This document shows, one piece after another, positions 41,443 through 53,915 of a DNA stretch of 64,000 bases. Position numbers and translations under genes: made by a program. Below the pieces are notes generated by a model, which saw nothing but the letters and a program-made list of their open reading frames with translations, did not search any database and was not told the origin of the DNA. Position 1 is the stretch's first letter. Each line of letters opens with the position of its first letter. This stretch comes from Octopus vulgaris (lineage: Eukaryota): positions 115,754,001 through 115,818,000 of the forward strand of contig OX597816.1 in the NCBI GenBank assembly GCA_951406725.2, given 5' to 3'.

Positions 41443-42805
41443 CTTGTTCCAAGACCCACAAATTTTGATGGGATCACCATATTTCCTCGTGAACTGCTTC
41501 TTATGTTGAGTGTAGTGATATTTGGTCCTATAATGTAAAGGGGCGGAACGAATGATCGTTTGACCTCTTTGTGTGAGGTTTTATCGATTTTGAATAATAA
41601 TCAGAAGTGATGTAAGGTATAGGAAAAGAGAAATGTTTGAAATAGAGTCATCACTCAGATCAGAACCATTCCAAATGTGGCCATCATCAAATCTTTGTTT
41701 TCATGTATATACATATTTATATATGTATGTATGTATATAGGACGACATTATTCGGTATGTACTTACCTTCTTTTAAAGACAGCATGGAGTGATTTAAAGG
41801 AGATTTGGTTGCTAATACTATCAGTGGAATTGCTACACTGAGGATTCCGTGAGATAAGATAGTTAGCTCCTCGGATATAAGACAGAAAATAGTATGAGTA
41901 TACGATGTGTTGTCATGCAAGAAACAAATCCGACAAATACTTGCACAGAAACACAATTACTACCGATGACAACAGGATAGATAATGCAGATGACGATGAT
42001 AAGAAACGAAAGAAAAGGGCGAGAAATGAAGAGAATGATAGAAATCTGGGTGGAGAAGAAATCAAGGAAGCGACAGATAAAAGAGATAATAAAATATCAG
42101 TAGATATGACAATGGTTATAAAAATGTTGACGGAGGCAAGGAAGGAAATGATGAGAAAAACTGACTACGAATGAGCGAATATATTATTTAAAACACACTC
42201 ACACATTTACACACGCAATCATTAGAACGTCAGATAGAATGCCGCACGGTATTTTTTACACTTTACAATCTGAGTTCGAATACGGCCGTTTTGAACATTG
42301 TCTTTCATTAATTCAGGGTAGATAAAAAAGACAATTCAGTATGGTAGACTGACAGAACAGAACGGAAGTCGACCCAACTTCCTAGTGGTATTAGTTTCGG
42401 CTCTTTGCAGTCTGTGCTGAAATCCCTGTTTAGCCTGTTTTGGTAGTAAATTTAATCAGTCACCCTAGCAACTTGGATTTCTTTAGCGGAGTCAACTCTG
42501 TTGAAACCCTTGGTTCAAGTGCCATGGCTTTAGGATACCACCATTCCTTTCCACGAATCTTGATGGTAATGAGAGTTACCTTTCCACTATACGAAAGATA
42601 AACTCACACATATGTACACATATGTGTGAATGAATATAGATATTTTCGTATAATATATATATACAATCACATAAATATACACGCACAAACACACGCACAA
42701 AAATACACACTAACATACATATATATGAAGGTAGCTGTTACCGCGTAGTTTCATCAGCTTTAGTATTTCATAGTTACAAGAGCAAATATTACATACGTAC
42801 ATTCA

Positions 42806-42898
<93 letters not shown>

Positions 42899-42955
42899 GT
42901 GTGTGTGTGTATGTATGTATATATACATACCGAGGTCGACTTTGCCTTATATAGT

Positions 42956-43190
42956 GGAGGAGCGTGACTTAGTGATTAGGGTGTTGGACACATGATCGTA
43001 AGATTGTGGTTTCTATTCCTGGACCAGGCGACGCGTGGTGTTTCTTGAGCAAAACACACCATTTCACGTTGCTCCAGTCCACTAAGCTAGCAAAAATGAG
43101 TAACCCTGCGACGGATCGGCGCCCCGTCCAAGTGGGGATAATATACCCCGGGAAGCCCGCCCTTAAGAGCCCTGCAAGCCTCATGAAGGA
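42956..43190 (+). mobile_element. tRNA-derived SINE with a V-domain-like segment
   Basis: A box TGACTTAGTG, B-box-like GTTTCTATTCC, CTTGAGCAA core, CCTGCGACGGATCGGCGCCCCGTCCA (V-SINE-like); (TTCA)n tail. Confidence 0.7.
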
Positions 43191-43396
43191 AACTCATTCA
43201 TTCATTCTTTCATTCAAATATATATATATATATGAATTAAAATTAAATATGAAATATATATATATGATTTTATGAGGTACTTAGCATGTAATTACCAGTT
43301 AAGTTAAAAATTAATAGAGTATATAATTTTATAATTATGAAATTTATATTAAGGCAACTATCGAGCATTTCGTTCTCGTAACTTTGACCTCACAAA

Positions 43397-43961
43397 TGAG
43401 CAATACGGTTGACCAGAAACAAAGGTGGGTAATGACGAACTGAAAGCCACCGTCGAGTCACATCCACCTGAATGTGCCTGTGAATTATCGTTGTTTTTTG
43501 CTGTTAGTAAGTAAACAATATTGACTAACCTAGTTCAAATCGGTAAAGCGAAAAATTTGGATAAGTGGGTTCCACATGAACTCAAGGAAAATCAGAAACA
43601 GCAACGTTTGGAAGCCTGCATTATGCTACTTTCGCGTCACAAAAATGAATAATTTTTTAATCGAATTGTAACGTTATGAGAAATGGACCAAATACAACAA
43701 CCGTAAACTTTCAGCACAATAGTTGGACAAAGATGAGCCACCAAAAACACAGTCCAAAAAGCAAAGTCCATCAAAAGAAGCTGATGGTGTGTGTTTGACT
43801 CTAGATTACCAGACTTTTACAGTTCCGGGCTGGACAAGCTACCGCTGATATGGCAAAAGTGTATTGACAATATGGGTGCATACTTTGATGAGTAAAACTA
43901 TTTGTTATATTTATAAAACATTAACAAACTTTTTTCTTTTCTACAAATTTCATACTTGAAG

Positions 43962-43965
<4 letters not shown>
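43397..43965 (+). mobile_element. Internally deleted mariner relic
   Basis: DKWVPHELKENQKQQRLEAC..FFNRIVT joined to C-terminal FYSSGLDKLPLIWQKCIDNMGAYFDE*. Confidence 0.85.
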
Positions 43966-44005
<40 letters not shown>

Positions 44006-44787
44006 TGTATGTATACATGCGTATATATACACAACTATACACGCGCACACCCACGAACACGCGCGCGCACACACTTATGTAAATATATATATATTAATAA
44101 TCTTAATATATCTGAGTAATAATATATATGAAGTAGTCTAACGGATTACGAATACAATATCCCCTAATTTGAACGTGAAAGAATTTGTTAATAACGGTTA
44201 TTGTTAAAGAGAATTGCTAAAAAGTAGTTGATAAAACATTTTAACAAAATGTCAATGTAAACACTTCTTTTATTGTTAAAATTATGAATATTAGTTATAA
44301 ACACATAAACTATTTCAAACTATTATGTAATTGAAAAAAAAACTATTTCTTAAGAAAGATGTCAAGAAAGATTGTTGGAAAATGAATATTTAATAGGAAT
44401 TAATCTGTATATGTAATGAAATTTTAATTAGTATTAACAAGTGAATTCTTTCTATTTCGTACGATGTAAACAGAACCGAATATATATCTATGAAACATAC
44501 ATAAGGCCAAGGGTCAACTTATATGTATTTCCTATGCATGTAATTTTTTCCCGTTTTATATAAAATAGCTTATATTGATACAAAATTTTCATCGTGTATT
44601 CAAGTCATATAGATAAATCAATTTAATTGGAATTTCTTTGACATGTACTTTAAGAATAAAGTTTTCATAACTAAATGATATTTTAAGGTTTTATAGACCT
44701 TTATCGTTAAAATTAAAATTTTTGAAATGAAATATTTAGGCGCAGGCCTGGCTTTCTCGTAAGATGTTTGCTTCCCAAACACATTGT

Positions 44788-44967
44788 TCCAGTACATTAT
44801 TTACATTATTTACATTTGGCGGATATTTGTCCTCATCTTGTTTGTTGTTAACATAACGTTTCGGCTGATATACCCTCCAGCACTTCATCAGGTGTCTTGG
44901 AGAAATTTCGAACCTGGGTTCTCATTCCTAAGGTATTTTTCGATGTTTATTATTATTATTATTATTA

Positions 44968-45026
<59 letters not shown>

Positions 45027-45058
45027 GTTATTATCATTCATGTCATGCCTGGAATCAA
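44788..45058 (-). mobile_element. SINE-like element carrying a hammerhead, with an (AATGTAAAT)n tail
   Basis: Minus strand: GATTCCAGGCA (possible B-box remnant), (AAT)n, hammerhead, then a tandem 9-mer tail; interrupts a CORE-like SINE head at 44739-44787. Confidence 0.5.
44850..44896 (-). ncRNA. Minimal type-I hammerhead ribozyme motif
   Basis: GACAC-CUGAUGA-A-G(U)GCUGG(AGGGUAUA)UCAGCC-GAAAC-GUU/AUGUU; loopless palindromic stem III ACGU; one mismatch at the first pair of stem I. Confidence 0.7.
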
Positions 45059-45305
45059 TAGCCGAAACTGACCGGTCAGTCTAAAGAATTCTCGGTTCGA
45101 TGTTCGCGGCGATTGCAAACCATATCAGAGTATATCTCATGTGCTTTGTAACAGTATTGGAGCATTTTAGGTCTTATTTCTAGCAATGTAGCTGTTACTT
45201 ACACCCTTAATCATGTTTAGTTGATGATTGTAATTTCCCTTACGGCATAACGTTGCAAACAGCTGTTTTTTTATTAATTTATATATAAGTATATATATAT
45301 ATAGA

Positions 45306-45515
45306 GGCGCAATGGCCTAGTGGTTAGGGCAGCGGACTCGCGGTCGCAGGATCGCGGTTTCGATTCTCAGACCGGGCGTTGTGTGTGTTTATTGAGCGAA
45401 AACACCTAAAAGCTCTACGAGGCTCCGGCAGGGGGTGGTGATCCCTGCTGTACTCTTTCACCACAATGGCGGTGCCTCAGCATGGCCACAGCTCAAGAGC
45501 TGAAACTGGAAAAAC
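45306..45515 (+). mobile_element. tRNA-derived SINE
   Basis: TGGCCTAGTGGTTAGG (A box), GTTTCGATTC (B box), tail GGCGGTGCCTCAGCATGGCCACAGCTC..CTGAAAC. Confidence 0.8.
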
Positions 45516-45526
45516 AAAAACAAACA

Positions 45527-45569
<43 letters not shown>

Positions 45570-45571
45570 TA

Positions 45572-45647
<76 letters not shown>

Positions 45648-45783
45648 TGTAATTTCCCTTACGGCATAACGTTGCAAACAGCTGTTGTTTTATTAATTTC
45701 TGCAACCACATGTGGATCGTTGGCGATCTTTTTCCTCCGTCTTCCTCCGTCTTCCTTTTCTTTTGGGCTTTCCTCCGTCTCCT

Positions 45784-45818
45784 GTTTCTGACGAAGAGCT
45801 TCGCTCGAAACATAAGAC
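45784..45818 (+). ncRNA. Minimal type-I hammerhead ribozyme motif
   Basis: GUUU-CUGACGA-A-GAGC(UUC)GCUC-GAAAC-AUA/AGAC; stem I 4 bp; stem III ACAU (likely CpG-decayed ACGU). Confidence 0.65.
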
Positions 45819-45984
45819 CACTTTTCTTTCCTTCCCTGAGCGTCTGCTAATGCTTTGCATGCACCACGTCCTCACGTTGTTGTTCTTTTCTTGTGTTTGT
45901 TGTTCGTTTTTTTTTTTCGGGGTGGGATTTACTATATATATGCATATATACATATATATATGGTGGAGTGTATGTATATACGAG

Positions 45985-46305
45985 AATGCGTATCGTTCAG
46001 TGATTAGAGCATCGGGTTCACAATCAGGAGGTAGTGAGTTTTATTCTCGGACCAGGTTATGTGTTGTGTTCTTGAGCAAGACACTTTATTTCAGGTTGCT
46101 CCAGTTCACTCAGCTGTAGAAATGCGTTGCGATGTCCCAGGTGCCAAGCTATATTGACCTTTGCTTTTCCCTTGGATAACACGAGTGGCATGGTGACGGG
46201 AGGCTGGTATTCATGGGCGACTGCTGGTCGTCAGTAAACAACCTTGCCCGGGTTTGTGCTTTGGAAGGGAACTTTCTAGGCGCAATCCATTGGTTTTTCA
46301 CCGAA
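45985..46305 (+). mobile_element. tRNA-derived SINE
   Basis: tRNA-like head and CTTGAGCAAGACACTTT core; 3' part repeated at about 55690-55812. Confidence 0.75.
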
Positions 46306-46317
46306 GAGAGCAGGGCC

Positions 46318-46590
46318 GGCGCATGGCCTAGTGGTTAGATCGCGAGTTCAATTCCCAGACTGGGTGGTGCGTTTTATTCTTGAGGAAAACATTTCATCTT
46401 ACGTTACTCTGCGATCACTCCGACACCTGACACGTGGCATACGGTGCACCTTTTCAGACAACGTCGATTTGATGAAGGGAGTAAGCTAATGTGCTGCATG
46501 AGCACTTGATCACCAGAAACAAATCCTTTGTGCAGGTCTTTCAGCAAAAGCTAAATGCTCATACATCGTCTTCGGCAGGAGAGTCCACCA
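46318..46590 (+). mobile_element. tRNA-derived SINE, diverged
   Basis: TGGCCTAGTGGTTAG..GAGTTCAATTCCC head and CTTGAGGAAAAC core. Confidence 0.65.
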
Positions 46591-46604
46591 TATATATATT
46601 TATG

Positions 46605-46684
<80 letters not shown>

Positions 46685-47199
46685 CATATATCGTACATAC
46701 TAAAGAATATGATGCATGTACTATATAAAGAAACACCAGCAAAACGTAACATACAGAAGTGCAAACACACTCATATATATACATATACACACAACCATAT
46801 TCATATATCAAACAATAGATATACATATAAACGAAAGAACATCTACAAAAATATACTTGCATATTAAGACAAACGCTGTATACACATTCATACTCAACAC
46901 ATCGAAATGTTTGATCATTTATCCATACATAGACAATGAATATATACAGATATGCATGAAAATTTATATATCGTTAAATGCACATGCAGTAAATTATAAT
47001 GATTTTGATTTATGTCCAGGTTTTTTTACTTTCTTTCCTATCTTAATGTGGTGTTATTATTGATGAAGTTTCAAAATATCTCTGACAGTTTAACAGAGAA
47101 ATTCATTTTTCAAACTCAGGCTTGGAAACAGATAATAAAATGCTCTTCTCTCTTTAATTCATTCTCCTCTCCACTCTACGTACGTGCGTTCGCACACAC

Positions 47200-47252
<53 letters not shown>

Positions 47253-47254
47253 CA

Positions 47255-47327
<73 letters not shown>

Positions 47328-47719
47328 GTTGTATATATATATATATAAATATGTGTGTGTGTATGGTGTATGTGCGTGTTGTTACTGTTGAGTGTGTATG
47401 TATGTGCATTTATATAATGTAAATATAAGTGTATATATGCATGCATATTATATATAGATAGATTTAATAGATATATGCAAGTGTACGTGAATATGTATGG
47501 CATGTATAAGTGTGTATATACCTATATATATTTATATATATATTTCGAAGGTTTATTTCAAGATGCTTCATCATCACTATATTACTCTCTTTTACCCATG
47601 GCAGATAAAATGCTAAGGCAAGAAAGGAAAATACTTGCAGCCATTGTTGACATATGTACGGAATACAGCAATGTATAAATTTCCAACTTTTAAATGTTGT
47701 GAAACCGTTAGCGCACAAT

Positions 47720-48650
47720 ATCTGATGGAACTGGGATCCACTGACGGGAATGTTTCAATTGTATCAGAGAGGGGGAAAACATTTTAAACGTTTGTGCACT
47801 GTAATAGTACCACTGCAATTCATGGTTCAAAGCATATCGATGATGATCCAAGAAAATCAATGTCTGCTATTGCCAAATAACTTAAAGAATTGTGTTTCGC
47901 GAGAACATGCAATATAAGTCATGTGCTAAGGAGAAACCATTTCGAGTCTATGAAGACAGTGGAAAATCTTTCGACCGTGCTAAGTGGTTACATACGTTTT
48001 AAACTCTCACTTATGTGGCATGCTTTTGTGTTCTGATGAGCAAACTTCGACGAAGACCAAAAGTCTAACAGTAGAAATGACAAATTGTCATTTGCAATCC
48101 CTTGAAATATCCCTATAGTGAAGTGTACTAAGTATCGGAAACTGTAATAATTTTGTGAATGGTTCCAACTCAGATCTTTCTGCGGCATAGCGCCTTAGGG
48201 TAAATTCTGCGGTAAATGTTAAGGTTCAGAATAGTCGTTAAACTCTTGATAAAGGAAGCACGATGTGGAAAGCCATACACGTTTCAACAATAAACCGCAT
48301 CTTTTCACAAATCTCGTGTAGATTAAAAATGCATATCAGACAATCTTTACGATCATAGAATGCCAAACTTGTGGCATCAAAATTCGCCACATATAAATCC
48401 TATGGACTACTACGGTTCCGGTGTTGGAAGTTAAAACAATCGACATCCTCACAATCCCATAGTTTCACAGAGCGTCGCCATTTTTCATATGATGTCCAAA
48501 ATGAACAAGAACCATTTTGACTAGATTATGCCAACAATTACAATCCTATATTGAAGCACTCATCAAAGCTGAAGTTAGATTCGTATAAGTGAATGTATTT
48601 ATTTAAAAACTTATCTTTAAGATCACGGCCGTAATCCTACGGGTAACAAG
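47720..48650 (+). mobile_element. Degenerate maT (DD37D) transposon
   Basis: SDE..DQKSNSRND; PYTFQQ*(D position) plus 37 codons to NSPHINPMDYY; many stops. Boundaries approximate. Confidence 0.7.
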
Positions 48651-49126
48651 TGTTTAAATAAATATATCACCTCTCATAACTCCAGAAATGTTATTGTTTT
48701 TATACTCCTCATGAAATTATTTCATCGATATAATCTCCTGGATTTCAACTGTATAAAACTCTGCATTACTCCTCTGTATTAGATTACTATGTGATCTGCT
48801 AGCAGGCTCCACTAGAGCAGCTTTTGAGCAGCTTCTCGTGATAATCGCATAGGATTTTACGAATCCATATATATCTAAATGAGCGCTGTTAGAGAGAAGT
48901 GGAAGATGTTCTTGGATTGTCTTTACACGAATGAAACTAAATCTTGACGTAGGCCGAAAAAGAGAAGCTGCTCTACTCCGTAAGATAAATGCACCAACAA
49001 AATTGGGAGATTTAAATGTAATGAAGTTTATACAGAACATAATGGTCTGTTCTATTCAGGCCACCAGAATGAAAAATTTGGAGATTCAGTGACATTAATG
49101 ATGTTGACATGATATACATACATACG

Positions 49127-49250
<124 letters not shown>

Positions 49251-49263
49251 TGTGTCCGGTTAT

Positions 49264-49326
49264 AGAGTGACCAAAGGTTTTCGCATCCATAAAAGGCCTA
49301 GCCCCATGGACGGTTTGTCACACTCT
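49264..49326 (-). ncRNA. Decayed type-I hammerhead (left arm)
   Basis: AGAGU-GUGACAA-..GUCCAUGGGGC(UAG)GCCUUUUAUGGAUGC-GAAAACC(UUU)GGUC/ACUCU; stem I perfect, core mutated. Confidence 0.55.
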
Positions 49327-49377
49327 GAAGCCGAAAACAAATATAACTTCAATCCTCGTTATATTTTCTTCGGCTTT

Positions 49378-49440
49378 ACAGTCTGACAAGCCATCCAAAG
49401 GACTAGGCCCTCTATTTGATGCGAAACCATTCGTCACTCT
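49378..49440 (+). ncRNA. Decayed type-I hammerhead (right arm)
   Basis: ACAGU-CUGACAA-GCCAUC..GAUGC-GAAAC(CAUUC)GUC/ACUCU; G8->A in the core. Confidence 0.6.
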
Positions 49441-49550
49441 ATAACTGGTCATAGACTTAACTCTGGTTATATGTATTACTGCTCTATGCTTTAGAGTCTA
49501 CTTCTGTATCTCTGTATCGGATATATGATACATGGACAATATATATTTAT

Positions 49551-49621
<71 letters not shown>

Positions 49622-49657
49622 TGACTGAGAGAGACAATGACAGAGAGAACGAGAAAG

Positions 49658-49708
<51 letters not shown>

Positions 49709-49983
49709 TTACATCCAAATTCACATAGGTTTTCTGTACCTTTATGTGTGTATGCGTGTGTGTGTTTGTGTGTATCAATAATTACACATATGTATATATT
49801 CATATATTTATATACTTGTCTTTCTGTATTTTTTTTGTATATATATATATATATACATACATACATACATACATACATACATACATACATACATACGTAT
49901 GTATATTATTTATATGGCGATATATATATATATACATACATACATACGTATGTATATCATTTATATGGCTATACATACATATC

Positions 49984-50014
<31 letters not shown>

Positions 50015-52616
50015 GAGTGTGTGCGTGTATATATACGAACATAGGTGCATATACATATATATTACTTGGATATATAAATGAAGTATACTGATTACCTTAA
50101 CTAGTATGTCATGCAACTGTCACATCCAATATCGTTTTATATCATATTCGGTGTTACATATATTTCTCCTTACGTTATGTAATGCATATCACATACATAC
50201 GCACATACAGACAGCGTGGCAGACATATTCAAGCATTTTCATACATAGTTTAGGTAAACACATGTATGTGTTTACCAAAAGTATGCGAACATGCTACACT
50301 CGCACACATGTGTGTAGTATGTAACATAATGCTAAATTATATCGTCTGTAGAAACACATATGTATTTATATGTAAATACTTGGGTGGTATGGTTTATTAC
50401 TATTATTTTTCCCCCTTTTTTGTGCTCATAATTAGTTTAAAGGAGTTACCCCACCAACTCACCCATAGCCTGATTCCTTCCTAGGCGAGTAACGATTTGT
50501 TTTTATTTACTCCGAAGTTAGAGCTGATTTAGCAGTCCTCTGATAAATGGGTTTGCAACTTCCTCTATTACGTCTGCTTACTATTTCTCAAATATAGTAT
50601 ACCGTAGACTATATCAACTATATTATTATGCAGCAGTTTTCGTTTCTGTAGACAGTAGTGTGCAACATAAGGGAGAATGTTTGCTATTTCTGGTAGGTCA
50701 AATATCCATGTAGAATCTCTGCTATTGGTTTAAGATTAAAAAAGGCTTTACATATGATGTTTAATTGAAGTAGTAGACTACTAAGCTAGGTAGGTATTAA
50801 GTCCGAATAAGGCCTAATACAGGTTAGCAAGGTTTGCTCTTTGTTACCTTCTTGCATGGCGCATGCTCGATCGTGATATTGGCCAAATATAAAGAATGCA
50901 GTCTGTACTGTAATTCATACTCTTCATCGAAGTTGTTTGGTTTGAACTGTTGGCGTGTCCAACATGATGTGAACTGCGACTATCCGTCCAACTTGTGCCA
51001 GTATGAAAAAATCGGATGTACAATGACGACGATGAGGATGATGATAACGATATTGTTGCAGACGTCTTTTTCTGGGGTGAGTGGATAAAGAAGTAACAAA
51101 TATTTGCATATTTATTCTTAAGAAATATTTCATACTAGGGACTAGACGATGAGATATCGGTGGTGTAAAGAGTGCGCATTCAATGATTTTGGTGGTGAGT
51201 GGACAAAGCTCAGTCAAATATGTACAGACTGTTGTTCGTTTTATTGAAGTTGTGTGTTGAATCCCATGTTGGTCCATTATACAGCAGAGATATGATCGAA
51301 GGAAAACAATCCATGACTAATCCGTCCGTTTTCGGAAATATTGCAACCAGGACTATACTCATAAAATCTCTCCTTTCTTTAAAGATGGTGACTTTAATTT
51401 CAAATAATTTGACTAATTTCTATAAAATCAGAATGGCGCGCTGCAGTGCCTACTTTTGGTGGACAAAAAACATGTATGGTTTTGGTGGTTGATTTCTTTG
51501 GGTTAATGAATATTCATTTCCTTGATGCTACCTCCAGCCCGAAACTACCACCCCGCCACGCACAATGTTTTCATGTGCAGAATCTTTGGGTATGAGATAA
51601 TCTTACTCTCCTGGACACGTGATATGTGAGCAAGACTGACAGTAAATTCGTTGCTTTTGATTTATTGCGGGTGATTACATCGGGGCAAATGCATCTCCTT
51701 TAATTTAATTGACTGGTAAAATTCATCGCAAGTTAATTCTATCGTGAGGAAATACATCATCGATTAATACCCAATCAAAATATCGTCAGTTAATATATTA
51801 TTGGTGCTTTTATTCGCAGAGTTGTTATGTCACATTAAAAAGATTTTAATTTAAATTAAAAAAATAAGTAAACATTGTCAAGAAAGTTTTAACTGCAAGA
51901 AATAGAAATAAGAATAATTACGAACAGTGAGCAGCCCAATATTAATCTCCTTGCAAAATAGACGTTCATCACTTTTCTTTACTCTGGCAAACAAATGACC
52001 ACTAGTTTATTTCGTTCACTTATCACATACTAGACCCGTAATTTTGATGGTTTCATATTTCTAAACTATTAAATTGTTGGACAAAACATATAGATCATGA
52101 CCGAAATCGTTATAACTGGTTAACTAAACAAATTCTGTCATAAACAGCAAATAAATAAACTGGTAGAGAATTTACTGAAGGCATATTAATTCGTTATGCA
52201 ATTCATCTTACGATTTACCAATGAATGGAATGACACGCCATTCATGTAGCGCGGTGTGTTTACTCACCATTAATTCAAAACAAATCTGTGAGCTGTAAAC
52301 TACTTAATGTGTGATACATATCTGCTCTATAAAAGATCGGTAATTTCTTATGGCTGAAGTATTTTTAGGTTTGAATAGGAAACACAATCTTTGGGATAAA
52401 GACCTGACCATTTTAAAAATGCATAGCTACCAAGAGAGGTTACTAACGAGTTCGAGGAACAACATTTGTAGAATGTGCTTCAATTTAGTTGTGTTTTGCA
52501 AGATTAGACACCGTGTGGTATGTAGGGTGCAATAGTATATACATTGCTCCTTACATTTTCTGATGGTCTTTTGATGCTGTTGGAACATGTTTGTTTCAAT
52601 ATTTTAATGAAGTTAG

Positions 52617-53690
52617 GGCGGCGAGCTGGCAGAATTGTTAGCACGCCGGGCGAAATGCTTAGCGGTTTTTCGTCTGTCGTTACGTTGTGAGTTCAAATTC
52701 CGCCGAGGTTGACTTTGCCTTTCATACTTTCGGAGTCGATAAATTAAGTATCAGTTACGCACTGGGGTCGATGTAATCGACTTAATACATATGTCTATCC
52801 TTGTTTGTCCCCTCTGTGTTTAGCCTCCTGTGGGTAATAAAGAAATAGGTATTTCGTCTGCCGTTACGTTCTGAGTTAAAATTCCGCCGAGGTCGACTTT
52901 GCCATTCATCCTTTTAGGGTCGATAAATTAAGTACCAGTTACGCACTGGGGTCGATGTAATCGACAATATCCGTTTGTCTGTCCTTGTTTGTCCCCTCTA
53001 TGTTTAGCCCCTTGTGGGTAGTAAAGAAATAGGTATTTCGTCTGCCGCTACATTCTGAGTTTAAATTCCGCGGAGGTCGATTTTACTTTTCATCTTTTCG
53101 AGGTCGATTAAATTAGTACCAGTTACGCACTGGGTTCGATGTAATCGACTTAATCCCTTTGTTTGTCCTTCTTTGTCCCCTCTATGTTTAGCCCCAGTGG
53201 GCAATAAAGAAACAAATATTTTACTGAAGTAAGGCATGGAGCTTTCAGAAACGTTAGCACGCCGGGCGAAATGCTTTGAGGTATTTCGTCTGTCTTTGTG
53301 TTCTGAGTTCAAATTCCACTGAGGTCGACTTCGCCTTTCATCCTTTCGGGGTCAATAAATTAAGTACCAGTTGCGTACTGGGGTCGATCTAATCGACTGA
53401 CACCTCCTCAAAAATTTCAGGCCGTGTGCCTAGAGAAGAAAAGTATATTTTACTAAGATGAGGTGGAGAGCTGGCAGAAACGTTAGCACGCCGGGCGAAA
53501 TGCTTTACGGTATTTCGTCTATTTTTAGGTTCTGAGTTCAAATTCCGCCGACGTCAACTTCGTCTTTTATCTTTTCGGGATCGATAAATTAAATACCAGT
53601 TGCGTACTGCGGTCGATCTAATTGACTTGTCCTCTCCCGCCAAATTTCGGGCCATGTGCCTAGAGTAGAGAAGAAATATTTTACTGATGT
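52617..53690 (+). mobile_element. Array of five units of the same SINE family as 2590-3157
   Basis: Head plus three 184-bp core/tail-A units (52617-53213), then two complete tail-B copies (about 53232-53445 and 53462-53677). Confidence 0.9.
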
Positions 53691-53870
53691 TTACGTTCAT
53701 AGTAATATATTATCACACGCAAGCACTCTCTGCCGTATATCATTTTCGCATATGAATATAATACAACTCTTTCAGACTTAATATGTCTTGGTTTTATCTT
53801 ACAAGAAAAAATTATAATCGCTTGCATGAAGCTCAAAGGGAATGCTTTCTGAATGAAAGTGTATGCATGC

Positions 53871-53915
<45 letters not shown>

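Larger units (their letters stand above)
49256..49448. repeat. Fold-back element: two inverted arms of about 90 bp with a 10-nt spacer
   Basis: 49256-49347 is the imperfect reverse complement of 49358-49448. Confidence 0.9.

Noticed and set aside
42730-42760. Minus-strand CTGATGAAAC..GTA
   Set aside because: Core and GAAA overlap with no stem II.
45306-45380. tRNA-like sequence
   Set aside because: No full cloverleaf; continues into a SINE body and tail.
48717-49040. 107-aa non-repetitive minus-strand ORF
   Set aside because: No recognisable domain or splice support.
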